The position numbers were made by a program, and so were the translations under genes. DNA of 64,000 nt from a bacterium (GTDB lineage: Bacteria > Electryoneota > JAOADG01): positions 2,496,001-2,560,000 of the forward strand of contig OY820579.1 in assembly GCA_963681965.1 (NCBI GenBank), given 5' to 3'. A model generated the notes under the pieces. That model was given only the letters and a program-made list of their open reading frames with translations, did no database searches and was not told the origin of the DNA. Shown in pieces: positions 49,201-58,461 of the stretch. How positions within the stretch are numbered: the stretch's first letter is position 1; the number at the start of each line of letters is the position of its first letter.

Positions 49201-51321
49201 ATGAAGAAACTACTGTACTTCTCCGGCATCAAACCGACCATCGAAGATCTCGAATTCCAACAGGACGGGATAGAACTGGCGTTGTCTTCGCTGCAATCCG
49301 ATCTGGTAAGTGATGGGATCGTGCGAGGACTATCGGTCGGGGAAGGCATGAATACCGGTGAATACGTTGTATCTCCCGGTGCCGCATTTGTTAAAGGAAA
49401 ACGAGTTGAAGTTCCGGAAGCGACGACTTTTCAATCTGCAGTGAACCGGTTTGTGGTATTGCAATACTCGCAGTCTACCAGTAATGAAGTATCACATTTC
49501 CTGACCGGTGAGAAACATGCAATTTACGGAGATGACAGTTTTGCTATTGAAGTTCGTAGTACCGATGCAATCACAGTCGGTGAAATACTGCTCGCGAAAA
49601 TCGAGTCGGATGGATCAGTATCTGATCTTCGCACTCCAGTTTCGCTACTAATTGATGAACGACTTCATTCACTGAACAGCGATACCCATACGATATCGCC
49701 GGTGTTCCGCATTGGTGGAGCAAACGGACCTGCCGCGTTAACGGTTGCAAATCTATTGTCCGAATCGCCCGAGCTGCGCAATTTGCTGCGTAATGGACTC
49801 GTCAATTATCTCGATGGTAAAGGTGACCAATTATTGTTAACCCGGAAGATTCCATCACAGCCGAATGCGCCGGTGCTGTTGCTTTCGAATGTCCAGCTCA
49901 AAGTGTATGGACAGTCCTCCCGATCCACTGAATTGTCGCTGGCACTCGATTCGTATCAAGCAGCCTCGATAACCGGACAGCAGTTATCTTCGCATGTGTC
50001 GGCGATTTCTGAACTGCGTTCACTGGTTGTTGCCAAACAAATCGCAGGTCTCACACTCGATCAACTTCGTGGCGACGTGACACTACCGGGTGGAACCTAT
50101 GATCATGAAGTTCGCATCCGAAAAAATGAACTAATCCGAAGCGGTGTGTTGGCGAATACTAGGTTGCCGGGAACGGTATCGGTATCGAGTGGTTCGCAAG
50201 TCTTGACTGGCATCGGAACCGCATTCGACAACAGCTATATCGGCAAGCGAATTCTGATTGATCCCGGTGCGACAGGAACTCCGGTAGAATTACTAATTTC
50301 GTCTGTTTCCGATGCGACTCACGCGTCACTTTCTTCGGCATCAACCGTCAACATTTCGAATGGGGTGTTCTATTTTGCCGATGTACCGGAGATTGGATTT
50401 GGTGGTTCGATTACAACGATTTCTGCGATGCTTGGCGGTATCGATGCGGTTAAATCCGGGAAAGAGCAGTCCCGTTCACTGGCGCTTCAACAGCAGACTG
50501 ACGCTGCCACGATTGTCAGCAGCCATGCCGTAAAACTATCGCAACCGGTCAGTAACCAGTATGGTCTATTTCTCACCTGGGCAAAACCCGTACTCGTGGA
50601 TCGCGAGGAGATTACCCACTATCTCGTCCGGGTTGTGGAGCTGATTTCCGATGCTGGTTCACTATCCAACAATCTGACTGTGGAAACCCTGGAAGCGAAT
50701 CATTCCGATCTGATTTTTCGGGTTGCCGAAAGCGTTACCAAGAAACGCCAGCAAATCGAAATCGATGATGCTGTCACGACTGTTGCCACAGGCTCCACCA
50801 CTCAGCAGATCGTTTATACCGGCAATGTGTCCATCGCATTGAATCAGCGCATCGTTATCGGAACCGAAAGCGCTATTGTTCGTTCGGTCGATCCGGCGAC
50901 CAAGACGATCCAGCTTCTAACACCTTTATCTATTGTACCCATCGCTAACACTCCCTTGGTAACGAAGAAATTACTGTTCGAATCCGATGTCCGGACGGAA
51001 AGTTTCTCACTTCCGGTAGAGCCGGGACAACGTTTGCTGTTGTTTGTTCGGGCTGTATCCGAGTACGGTGTAGCGTCCCAATGGAGCAACGCACTGGCAG
51101 TGGATGTGAATTCACTGGCAACAGGTAGTGGCAAAACGGTATCCCAGTTGGCGGAGAGTGAACGACAAACGCTTACCATTGCCAAACAGATCGAACGCGA
51201 ACAAGTAACTCGTGATCTTTCCGAACAACTCTTTGCCCTGCAACGCGCTATCGCTGAAGCACCAACACAGGAGCAACTCGACGCGATTGCCAGCTCGATC
51301 AGTACAGGAGCGGCACTCTGA
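49201..51321 (+). CDS. Tail fibre / baseplate-attachment protein
   Basis: GIVRGLSV..VSPGAAFVKGKRVEV N-terminus; GTVSVSSGSQVLTGIGTAF; FnIII-like VRAVSEYGVASQWS. Confidence 0.7.
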   Translation: MKKLLYFSGIKPTIEDLEFQQDGIELALSSLQSDLVSDGIVRGLSVGEGMNTGEYVVSPGAAFVKGKRVEVPEATTFQSAVNRFVVLQYSQSTSNEVSHFLTGEKHAIYGDDSFAIEVRSTDAITVGEILLAKIESDGSVSDLRTPVSLLIDERLHSLNSDTHTISPVFRIGGANGPAALTVANLLSESPELRNLLRNGLVNYLDGKGDQLLLTRKIPSQPNAPVLLLSNVQLKVYGQSSRSTELSLALDSYQAASITGQQLSSHVSAISELRSLVVAKQIAGLTLDQLRGDVTLPGGTYDHEVRIRKNELIRSGVLANTRLPGTVSVSSGSQVLTGIGTAFDNSYIGKRILIDPGATGTPVELLISSVSDATHASLSSASTVNISNGVFYFADVPEIGFGGSITTISAMLGGIDAVKSGKEQSRSLALQQQTDAATIVSSHAVKLSQPVSNQYGLFLTWAKPVLVDREEITHYLVRVVELISDAGSLSNNLTVETLEANHSDLIFRVAESVTKKRQQIEIDDAVTTVATGSTTQQIVYTGNVSIALNQRIVIGTESAIVRSVDPATKTIQLLTPLSIVPIANTPLVTKKLLFESDVRTESFSLPVEPGQRLLLFVRAVSEYGVASQWSNALAVDVNSLATGSGKTVSQLAESERQTLTIAKQIEREQVTRDLSEQLFALQRAIAEAPTQEQLDAIASSISTGAAL

Positions 51322-51944
51322 TGTCCGATGCCATTCTGAATCTATCGGGACTGCCACCAAAGCGCGCAGCAACACTGTTCGATCTGCTGGCACGTACTCG
51401 TCGCGATAGTAAATGGCAATCGATTCCGGTGCGGGTGGTATCAGTATCAGACGATGGAACGCTCACCATAAATGGTCTTCGGGATAGTCGGTATGCGTTG
51501 CTGTTTTCAGATCCGACTGCTATGTCGTTTTCCCGTTTCAAACTTGATGTTGGCGATAAATCGAAGTACCGGACGATCTATCTGAGTGATCCAATTCCGA
51601 CACCGGTATTGCAATCGGTTGTTGGTTCAGTTCGGCTTAATGAAATCATCGCCCGTTTGAGCTGGACAATCCAAAGTGATGTCGCCGTTACCGCGTTCGA
51701 TGTTTACTGGAAGTGTGAGAACGAACCAGCATTTACTCTCGCAAGTACAGTTGCTGATCGGACAGCACGATCCTGTGAAATATTCGGACTACAAGCCGAG
51801 AGCCGGTTTCGCTGGTACATCGTGGCACGAGGAGCTGGATCAATGAATCGTAAGTCGAATACTGTAGAAATGTTAACACCGGTCTCACCAGTCGCTGAAC
51901 CGAATTTGATCGTGAATGGAAATTTTGAGACTGCCATTTGGTAG
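51321..51944 (+). CDS. FnIII-like tail protein ending in the first strand of a CBM4/9-like domain
   Basis: LSWT..FDVYWK..GLQAESRF.WYIVA; C-terminal NLIVNGNFETAIW. Confidence 0.7.
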   Translation: MSDAILNLSGLPPKRAATLFDLLARTRRDSKWQSIPVRVVSVSDDGTLTINGLRDSRYALLFSDPTAMSFSRFKLDVGDKSKYRTIYLSDPIPTPVLQSVVGSVRLNEIIARLSWTIQSDVAVTAFDVYWKCENEPAFTLASTVADRTARSCEIFGLQAESRFRWYIVARGAGSMNRKSNTVEMLTPVSPVAEPNLIVNGNFETAIW

Positions 51945-51961
51945 TTAGGAGATGATATAAC

Positions 51962-54577
51962 ATGGCACAACCGATTAAAATTTCAACTGTCGAAAAACTG
52001 TTCGGCAACCAGTCGATGGAAATCAATCCGGATGGAAATGCCGGGAGTGTATTGACCGACCTGACTAAGACCAACTTTGTCAATCTACAAGGTTTGACAT
52101 CGGTTACAGTATCCGGGTACATCAATGCGAAGACATACACTGGCGGTTACATCGTTGCCCGGGCAGTGTTCTTCGATGTCAATGATGCACAGCTTGGCAC
52201 CCATGACTGGATAACACTTTCGGCAACTACTTCCGGATTCACCCGCTTCTACCAGACCTATTACCTGTCGCAAGCACCGGTTCCTGCCAATACCGTCAAG
52301 ATGAAATTGCAGTTCGGTGGTATCCAGAAAACCGGGGTCAATCCGAACTTCGATGCATTCATCGATGGAGTAAAAGTCGAGCAGGGCGACAAGCTCACCG
52401 CCTATACCGACTATACGCTGAAAGAAAACGATTCACTTGATCTGGTTGGCGATGGTGTCATTTTCAAAAAGATTACCGGTGTCAGCAGTAGCAATCAGGT
52501 CACCGCGAACTCAATTGAATCTGCTGCTGTTACTTCAGTGAAAATCGCCGATGGTGCAGTCGCCACAGCGAAAATTGCTGCCGGCGCAGTTACGACCAAT
52601 GAACTCGGTGCCAATGCAGTTACAACCGGTAAACTGGCGACTGGAGCCGTTACCAGTAACGAGCTGGCTGCCAATTCGGTCATTGATACGAAGATTGCTA
52701 GCAGTGCCGTAACCAATGCGAAAATCGCAACCAACGCGGTCGACAGCACCAAGATAGCTGACAGCTCGATCTCGACGGCTAAGATCAATGCTGGCGCAGT
52801 CGATGGAACCAAGATCGCTACCGGTGCAGTTGATAATGCACAATTAGCTAACAATGCGGTCGATAATTCAAAGATTGCGGATAGTGCAGTATCGAACACG
52901 AAGCTCCAGGACGGTGCAATTACCAATTTGAAGATCGCATCGGGATCGGTGGCTGAGGATCGTTTGAACACTGCGCTCACGACTAAACTATCCAAGCACC
53001 TTACGGACGGAAATTTCAAGGGCGATGTATTTGCCAGTGATGGTACTACTAAGCTCATCGATGCGACTACCGGAAAAGTAACGACTGCATTACAGACTTC
53101 CAGTGGTGCTTCGCTAAACGACCGGGTTGAGGCGATCTACAGCGATGTCTATAACAAGGATGTCGCACTCCCAGTCATCGATAAAAATGTCAACAAATCC
53201 TTGGTGCATGCCACCTACAAGACCTATCGTCCCGGAACGACCACAGCCGATCTGAACATTGGTGTTACCGGTGACGCCTGGGATAGTCTGTTCGATCTTA
53301 CCCGTGCTGATAATGGTGAGGATTTGCTCGATGCATCTGGTGCACCGATTAAAGTAGTTGCGTTGTGGGGAAAACAAACTAAAGCGAGTCCAATTTCGGC
53401 AGGCAGTGATCCGAATGGTGTCGGGGCTGGATGGTCTCGCAACGATGGTGATGGCACCACTAATTCGACCTGGTTTGAATTATCTGCGGTCCCGACTGCA
53501 AACTTCAACATCGTTTATTCTATCCGTAAGAAACTGTCTACGCTACAGACTCGCGACTTGGTTACCGTTGGTGTCATTAAAGGTGGTCAATCCGACGCCA
53601 ATATTACCGGCGCACTGCAGGATCTGAAGGGCACAACCAACTGGAACGATGCGGTTCCGAGTGGCCGGAAACTCACCGATCTTACCACGACCAAAGATGC
53701 CGGGGCAACCTATATCATTGCTGATGGTAAGGTTAAGGGAACCTCGATTGTCGCTGGTGAAGTCGGAACGACCCAGCTCGCTGATAATGGTGTCACCACC
53801 GCCAAGCTTCCCGATAACGCGATTACCACTCAGAAAATCAATGCCGGAGCGGTTACTGGTGCAAAGATCGCTTCGGCGACGATTACCGGTTCCAATGTTG
53901 CCAATGCGACCATAACTGGTACTCAGATTGCATCGAGTACGGTAACTGGCAGCAACATTGCCTCGGCAACCATTGCGCAGGGTAATCTCGCGAACAACAG
54001 TATCGGGTCCGCACAAATCGTCGATGCAAACATTACTACTGCGAAAATAGCGGCACTAGCAGTTGACAATACTAAACTCGCAGATGGATCTGTTACCAAT
54101 GCCAAGATCGGTGCAAATGCGGTTGATGCAGCCAAACTTGCGAATGGTGCCGTTGGAACGACTCAACTTGCCAACTTGGCTGTCGATAATACCAAGCTTG
54201 CCGATAGCAGTGTCGGTACGAGTAAGCTCGCAAACCTCGCGGTTGACTCAATCAAGATTGCTGACAGTGGTGTTACCACAGTGAAGATTGCGGCAAATGC
54301 GGTCGATGCCTCGAAAATTGCCTCGGGTGCTGTAGGAACCACTCAGCTTGCTAATAGCGCAGTTGATTCAACCAAGCTGGCAAACAATGCGGTCACTGCC
54401 GGAAAGATTGCGACAAACGCGGTTGTGAACGGCAATATCGCCGATGGTGCGATCACCGATACCAAGATTTCCGATGGATCGGTAACCACTGCCAAACTGA
54501 ATGCGACCGCGCTTTCGGTATTCGATGGTCGCAATCTGGTGCAGAATCCTTCGTTTGAATCGGGAGCGTGGGTCTGA
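51962..54577 (+). CDS. Tail fibre with CBM-like N-terminus and two blocks of 10-aa AVTxxK(I/L)AxG repeats
   Basis: RBS AGGAG; FIDGVKVEQG; decapeptide repeats; C-terminal NLVQNPSFESGAWV. Confidence 0.8.
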   Translation: MAQPIKISTVEKLFGNQSMEINPDGNAGSVLTDLTKTNFVNLQGLTSVTVSGYINAKTYTGGYIVARAVFFDVNDAQLGTHDWITLSATTSGFTRFYQTYYLSQAPVPANTVKMKLQFGGIQKTGVNPNFDAFIDGVKVEQGDKLTAYTDYTLKENDSLDLVGDGVIFKKITGVSSSNQVTANSIESAAVTSVKIADGAVATAKIAAGAVTTNELGANAVTTGKLATGAVTSNELAANSVIDTKIASSAVTNAKIATNAVDSTKIADSSISTAKINAGAVDGTKIATGAVDNAQLANNAVDNSKIADSAVSNTKLQDGAITNLKIASGSVAEDRLNTALTTKLSKHLTDGNFKGDVFASDGTTKLIDATTGKVTTALQTSSGASLNDRVEAIYSDVYNKDVALPVIDKNVNKSLVHATYKTYRPGTTTADLNIGVTGDAWDSLFDLTRADNGEDLLDASGAPIKVVALWGKQTKASPISAGSDPNGVGAGWSRNDGDGTTNSTWFELSAVPTANFNIVYSIRKKLSTLQTRDLVTVGVIKGGQSDANITGALQDLKGTTNWNDAVPSGRKLTDLTTTKDAGATYIIADGKVKGTSIVAGEVGTTQLADNGVTTAKLPDNAITTQKINAGAVTGAKIASATITGSNVANATITGTQIASSTVTGSNIASATIAQGNLANNSIGSAQIVDANITTAKIAALAVDNTKLADGSVTNAKIGANAVDAAKLANGAVGTTQLANLAVDNTKLADSSVGTSKLANLAVDSIKIADSGVTTVKIAANAVDASKIASGAVGTTQLANSAVDSTKLANNAVTAGKIATNAVVNGNIADGAITDTKISDGSVTTAKLNATALSVFDGRNLVQNPSFESGAWV
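52493..54502 (+). repeat. Degenerate 30-bp coding repeats (blocks ~52493-52968 and ~53732-54502)
   Basis: Translated period of 10 residues, e.g. AVTSVKIADG / AVDSTKIADS / SVTTAKLNAT. Confidence 0.85.
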
Positions 54578-55323
54578 TGAGTTACTTCGATACTGATAAT
54601 TCACATTCCGTGTTTGGTGGCAGTTCACTGCGGTTGGTCGGTGATTCGACCACACCGAATGTCATCACCGGACACAGCAATGATATTCCTGTTGCCAACC
54701 GGGATTCGGTTGTTATTTCCGCTTATGTGTTCGCTCCGGCAATTACTGCTGGCACATCATTCACAGGCAAAATAGAATACGTCGACAAGAACGGCAGCTC
54801 GCTCGGAAGTGGGGACTGGTTAAAACTTACATCATCGAACAGCCAGTTTACCCGGTACTATGCGATCAAGGATGTAACCACTTTTCCCAAGGATACCGTT
54901 GCCATCCAATTGTCATTCTCCCTAACCGAGAGTGCCGGGAAACCAACTGGTACGGTTTACGTCGACTGTGTTAAGTGTGAGTATGGCAACAAACTGACTG
55001 GATATTCCGAGTCAGTGTTCTATGAAGAAATCTACCAGCACATCGGTGGCTTCGGGATTTCGAAGATCGGTACATCACAAATTGACAAGGATGCTGTAAC
55101 CAGTGAACAACTAGCAATCGACTTTACCAGTCTGGAAAAAATAACTGACACCGCACTGCAGTTCGATGGTTCAATCCTGACCACCAACAAGCAATTGAAT
55201 GCTTGCGCTGGAATGTCAGCTAACGGGAAAACCGGCATTACACAAACAATCGATGTGCCGGATACTGGTGGCGGGAAATACACCATTGCTATTACCGATG
55301 GCATCATTACGAGCATCACATGA
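54577..55323 (+). CDS. CBM-like distal tail-fibre protein
   Basis: TGATG coupling; FGGSSLRL..YVDCVKCEYG, paralogous to the N-terminus of the 51962 protein. Confidence 0.7.
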   Translation: MSYFDTDNSHSVFGGSSLRLVGDSTTPNVITGHSNDIPVANRDSVVISAYVFAPAITAGTSFTGKIEYVDKNGSSLGSGDWLKLTSSNSQFTRYYAIKDVTTFPKDTVAIQLSFSLTESAGKPTGTVYVDCVKCEYGNKLTGYSESVFYEEIYQHIGGFGISKIGTSQIDKDAVTSEQLAIDFTSLEKITDTALQFDGSILTTNKQLNACAGMSANGKTGITQTIDVPDTGGGKYTIAITDGIITSIT

Positions 55324-55607
55324 GCGAACCGGAACACATTGAACATTCTCAACTTGAGCCGCCATACTCCTGCCAGTACCACCTGGCAAAAATGGAGCAG
55401 GTTTCTCAACAACTAGCCGATCTACGCGATGCGGTGAAAGAACTAAACTCATCGATTAAAGGGAATGGTAAGGAAGGTATCATCGTCAAGGTGGACCGCA
55501 ACACCAACTTCCGGTTGCTGATGACGAAGCTGCTCTGGGTGTTATTTACGCCACTGTACGGTGGTTTGATCGCATTCGTTTTTCAACATTTTATGGCACA
55601 TCACTGA
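55320..55607 (+). CDS. Coiled-coil + single-TM lysis-region protein
   Basis: GNGKEGI, C-terminal hydrophobic helix. Confidence 0.6.
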   Translation: MSEPEHIEHSQLEPPYSCQYHLAKMEQVSQQLADLRDAVKELNSSIKGNGKEGIIVKVDRNTNFRLLMTKLLWVLFTPLYGGLIAFVFQHFMAHH

Positions 55608-55614
55608 GGTAAGC

Positions 55615-56031
55615 ATGAGCCTATTAACTGCCGTGCCCATTGTGGGACAGATCATCGATAAAGCCGCCGGTATCATCGACAAGTGGGTGCCGGACAAAGA
55701 CCTTGCTGCAAAGTTGAATCACGACCTGCAGGCGCAGATGCTTTCGCTCGACTACAGTGCACTCGAAAAGGAAATCGATGCCAAGGCGAAAGTACTGGTC
55801 GCGGAAGTACAGGGACAGAGCTGGCTGCAACGCAACTGGCGACCATTGCTCATGCTCGTGTTCACATACATCGTTGCACACAATTTCGTGATCGCACCGA
55901 TCTTCGGTATCACGTCAGTACCCGTACCGGAGCAAATGTGGACATTGCTTAATATTGGCATTGGTGGTTACATCGTTGGGCGCAGCGCTGAGAAAATTGC
56001 GACTGTTGTGAAAAAGGATGATGCAAAATGA
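55615..56031 (+). CDS. Holin (3TM/GTA-holin-like)
   Basis: SWLQRNWRPLLML..IGGYIVGRSAEK. Confidence 0.85.
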   Translation: MSLLTAVPIVGQIIDKAAGIIDKWVPDKDLAAKLNHDLQAQMLSLDYSALEKEIDAKAKVLVAEVQGQSWLQRNWRPLLMLVFTYIVAHNFVIAPIFGITSVPVPEQMWTLLNIGIGGYIVGRSAEKIATVVKKDDAK

Positions 56032-56594
56032 CCTTCGATGAAATTGAATTTGTTCCTGCTGCACAAGGAAATTATTCTTCACGTCCTCGTGGTACAGCGA
56101 TTGATACCATCGTCATTCATTACACCGCGAATGGCAGTATCGAGGATACGATTGCATGGTTTCAGAATCCGGCGAACAAAGTTTCCGCGCATTATGTAGT
56201 TGGTCTTGATGGTCAAATTGTTCTAATGGTGCCGGTTGCCAAGCGTGCCTATCATGCCGGTGTTTCATCATTGAGTGGTCGCACTGGTGTCAATGCATTT
56301 TCCATCGGTATCGAACTTGTCAACTGGGGTCCCATCAAACTTCGTGACGAATCCTTTTTCGCATGGCCTGGCGATTACACGCACCATTTTGAAGGGGATA
56401 CACCGTTACTTATCGCTGGCGAATACTGGCAACCCTACCCAGAACCGCAGCTAACTGCCCTGGAGCAGCTGATACAACTCCTCCGCGAAGAGCATCCAAT
56501 TCAGTGGATTGTGGGGCACAACGAGATAGCACCCGAACGCAAGATGGACCCAGGTCCAGCGTTTCCGTGGGAGCGTATTCGCTCCAACGTTTGA
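56028..56594 (+). CDS. N-acetylmuramoyl-L-alanine amidase (Amidase_2) endolysin
   Basis: IVIHYT, VSAHY, AYHAG, SIGIELVN, GHNEIAP.RK.DPGPAFPW. Confidence 0.93.
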   Translation: MTFDEIEFVPAAQGNYSSRPRGTAIDTIVIHYTANGSIEDTIAWFQNPANKVSAHYVVGLDGQIVLMVPVAKRAYHAGVSSLSGRTGVNAFSIGIELVNWGPIKLRDESFFAWPGDYTHHFEGDTPLLIAGEYWQPYPEPQLTALEQLIQLLREEHPIQWIVGHNEIAPERKMDPGPAFPWERIRSNV

Positions 56595-56751
56595 CCTTCT
56601 CTACACTTCCATAAACATCCATAATTACACCCCTTCTAATATCCTGTAAGCCTTACCAGTAAAGCGTTTGCAGGTATTGCCTTGACTTGACTTCGGCAAT
56701 CACTTCCTCGTAATGTGTTGCCAACGAGTTGTTCTAACACAAGGCAATACC

Positions 56752-57666
56752 ATGATATACACGATATACAACCAACGCTTCGGTGTCGAGATTGAGACTG
56801 TAGGATGCGAACGAGCCAAGATTGCCAAGGCAATTGCAGAAGTCGTAATCGGTCAGATATCACTTGATCCTACTGGTGCATACAACGCAACGCTGGTAAC
56901 GCAAACGGATGGCAGAATCTGGCGCATCCAAAACGACGCTTCGGTAGCAACAGTGAATGGAGTAAAGGGGTCGGAAATTATCTCACCGATACTCCTTTAC
57001 AGCGATATAGAGAATCTACAAAAGATAGTAAGAGCGGTTCGCAATGCGGGTTGTAAGACTTCATCCTCATGCAGTGTCCACGTGCATGTTGAGGGCGCTC
57101 CGCATACACCGCAAACGCTTAGCAACCTTGCCAAGCTCTATTACCGCAACGAGGATTTACTGTTTCAAGCGGTTGGAACATTGCCATCCCGCAAGGTGCG
57201 CTTCACCAAGCCGATGGAACAGGATTTTATCGACCGTATTGCCAGTAGTCGACCGACGACGATGGATGAATTTAACAAGTTGGTTTTCGGTCAATACACG
57301 CCGCATCCGGAACATTACAACAATAGTCGATACCGAGCGATCAACTGGGTGAATCTTTGGAGACCAATCAACACGGTCGAGTTTAGGCTCTACAATAGCA
57401 CGTTAAATGCCTTGAAGGTCACCGCCTGGGTGCAACTCTCGCTAGCACTGTCGGTACGCGCTCTCAACATGAAGCAGACAACCCATACCAAGATCAATAC
57501 CGACAATCCCAAGTTCAACTTCCGGGTCTTCCTTGTATCCTCACTTGGCATGATTGGCAACGAGTTTAAGTCGACCCGCAGCATCCTACTCAAGAATCTA
57601 CCGGGCAACAGCGCTTGGCGATACGGTAAGCCAGAAAATCATGTTGAGGTCGCCAATGCCAAGTGA
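56752..57666 (+). CDS. Putative amidoligase (COOH-NH2 ligase type 2)
   Basis: FGVEIE, DAS, EIISPIL, CSVHVHV, RYRAIN, TVEFR. Confidence 0.88.
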   Translation: MIYTIYNQRFGVEIETVGCERAKIAKAIAEVVIGQISLDPTGAYNATLVTQTDGRIWRIQNDASVATVNGVKGSEIISPILLYSDIENLQKIVRAVRNAGCKTSSSCSVHVHVEGAPHTPQTLSNLAKLYYRNEDLLFQAVGTLPSRKVRFTKPMEQDFIDRIASSRPTTMDEFNKLVFGQYTPHPEHYNNSRYRAINWVNLWRPINTVEFRLYNSTLNALKVTAWVQLSLALSVRALNMKQTTHTKINTDNPKFNFRVFLVSSLGMIGNEFKSTRSILLKNLPGNSAWRYGKPENHVEVANAK

Positions 57667-58111
57667 TACTTGCACCATACCGTATTTCGCGTACGGGGCG
57701 AATCTCAATCTGGTTGGAATGGACTGCCGTTGCCCTGGTCATCTTCCTCGCTGTATTGCATACATCGAAGATTACCAGCTCGTCTTTCGAGGTGTAGCAT
57801 CCATCGAGCCAGCGGAGGGACACCGGGTGTATGGCGCATTGTACTTACTCGATGAAAAACATCTTGCCGCACTTGACCGTTTCGAAGGATACCCGCGACT
57901 GTATCGCCGTGAGATTTTATCACTCCGCAAAGCCGGAAACAACCACCGTACGGAAGCATGGGTGTACCTCATGAATGCTGAACGCAACGATTATTACCCA
58001 CCATCCGGCGGATACCTGAGCACCATTATCGACGGCTGTCACGACTGGGGAATTCCCAATATATACATCCGTGAAATTCACTCAATCGCAAGGAGAAGCA
58101 AACAATGGTAA
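57656..58111 (+). CDS. Gamma-glutamylcyclotransferase (GGCT/AIG2-like)
   Basis: YFAYGANL, LDRFEGYP.LY, AWVY. Confidence 0.88.
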   Translation: MPSDTCTIPYFAYGANLNLVGMDCRCPGHLPRCIAYIEDYQLVFRGVASIEPAEGHRVYGALYLLDEKHLAALDRFEGYPRLYRREILSLRKAGNNHRTEAWVYLMNAERNDYYPPSGGYLSTIIDGCHDWGIPNIYIREIHSIARRSKQW

Positions 58112-58374
58112 CCAAACACGAACTCGTGAATGACAATGCGGTCTTTGTCGGCTCAGCCGCCGAGATTGTCGAACAACTTCGCACGCAGGCATACTTCGAA
58201 CGGTCACTGCCGTTTCGCGAGTATATCTGCCAACTCGCAAATGTGGTCGAACAACTGACTAGCGCACAGATCGTCAAACCACTTTTCGAACAATCGGACA
58301 TGCTCGATGACAATCAATTGGCGGAGCATTTCGTTCAACACCTCATCGCAAATGGAATGTTCAAAGAAGCGTGA
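58105..58374 (+). CDS. Hypothetical protein
   Basis: RBS AAGGAG; FVGSAAEIVEQLR. Confidence 0.65.
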   Translation: MVTKHELVNDNAVFVGSAAEIVEQLRTQAYFERSLPFREYICQLANVVEQLTSAQIVKPLFEQSDMLDDNQLAEHFVQHLIANGMFKEA

Positions 58375-58461
58375 ACGACTTGACAATTACACCCCGCAAC
58401 GTACATTGCGACCCCGCAATCCGGGCGGATTCCCAACAACCAAGCTAAGAAAGGAAGTACA

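Noticed and set aside
51942-51962. Stop-codon readthrough or recoded TAG joining the fibre genes
   Set aside because: The downstream gene is in a different frame and has its own RBS; other genes use the standard code normally.
49201-55323. Diversity-generating retroelement or invertible tail-fibre cassette
   Set aside because: No reverse transcriptase, no TR/VR pair, no adjacent invertase, and no reversed fibre cassettes seen.
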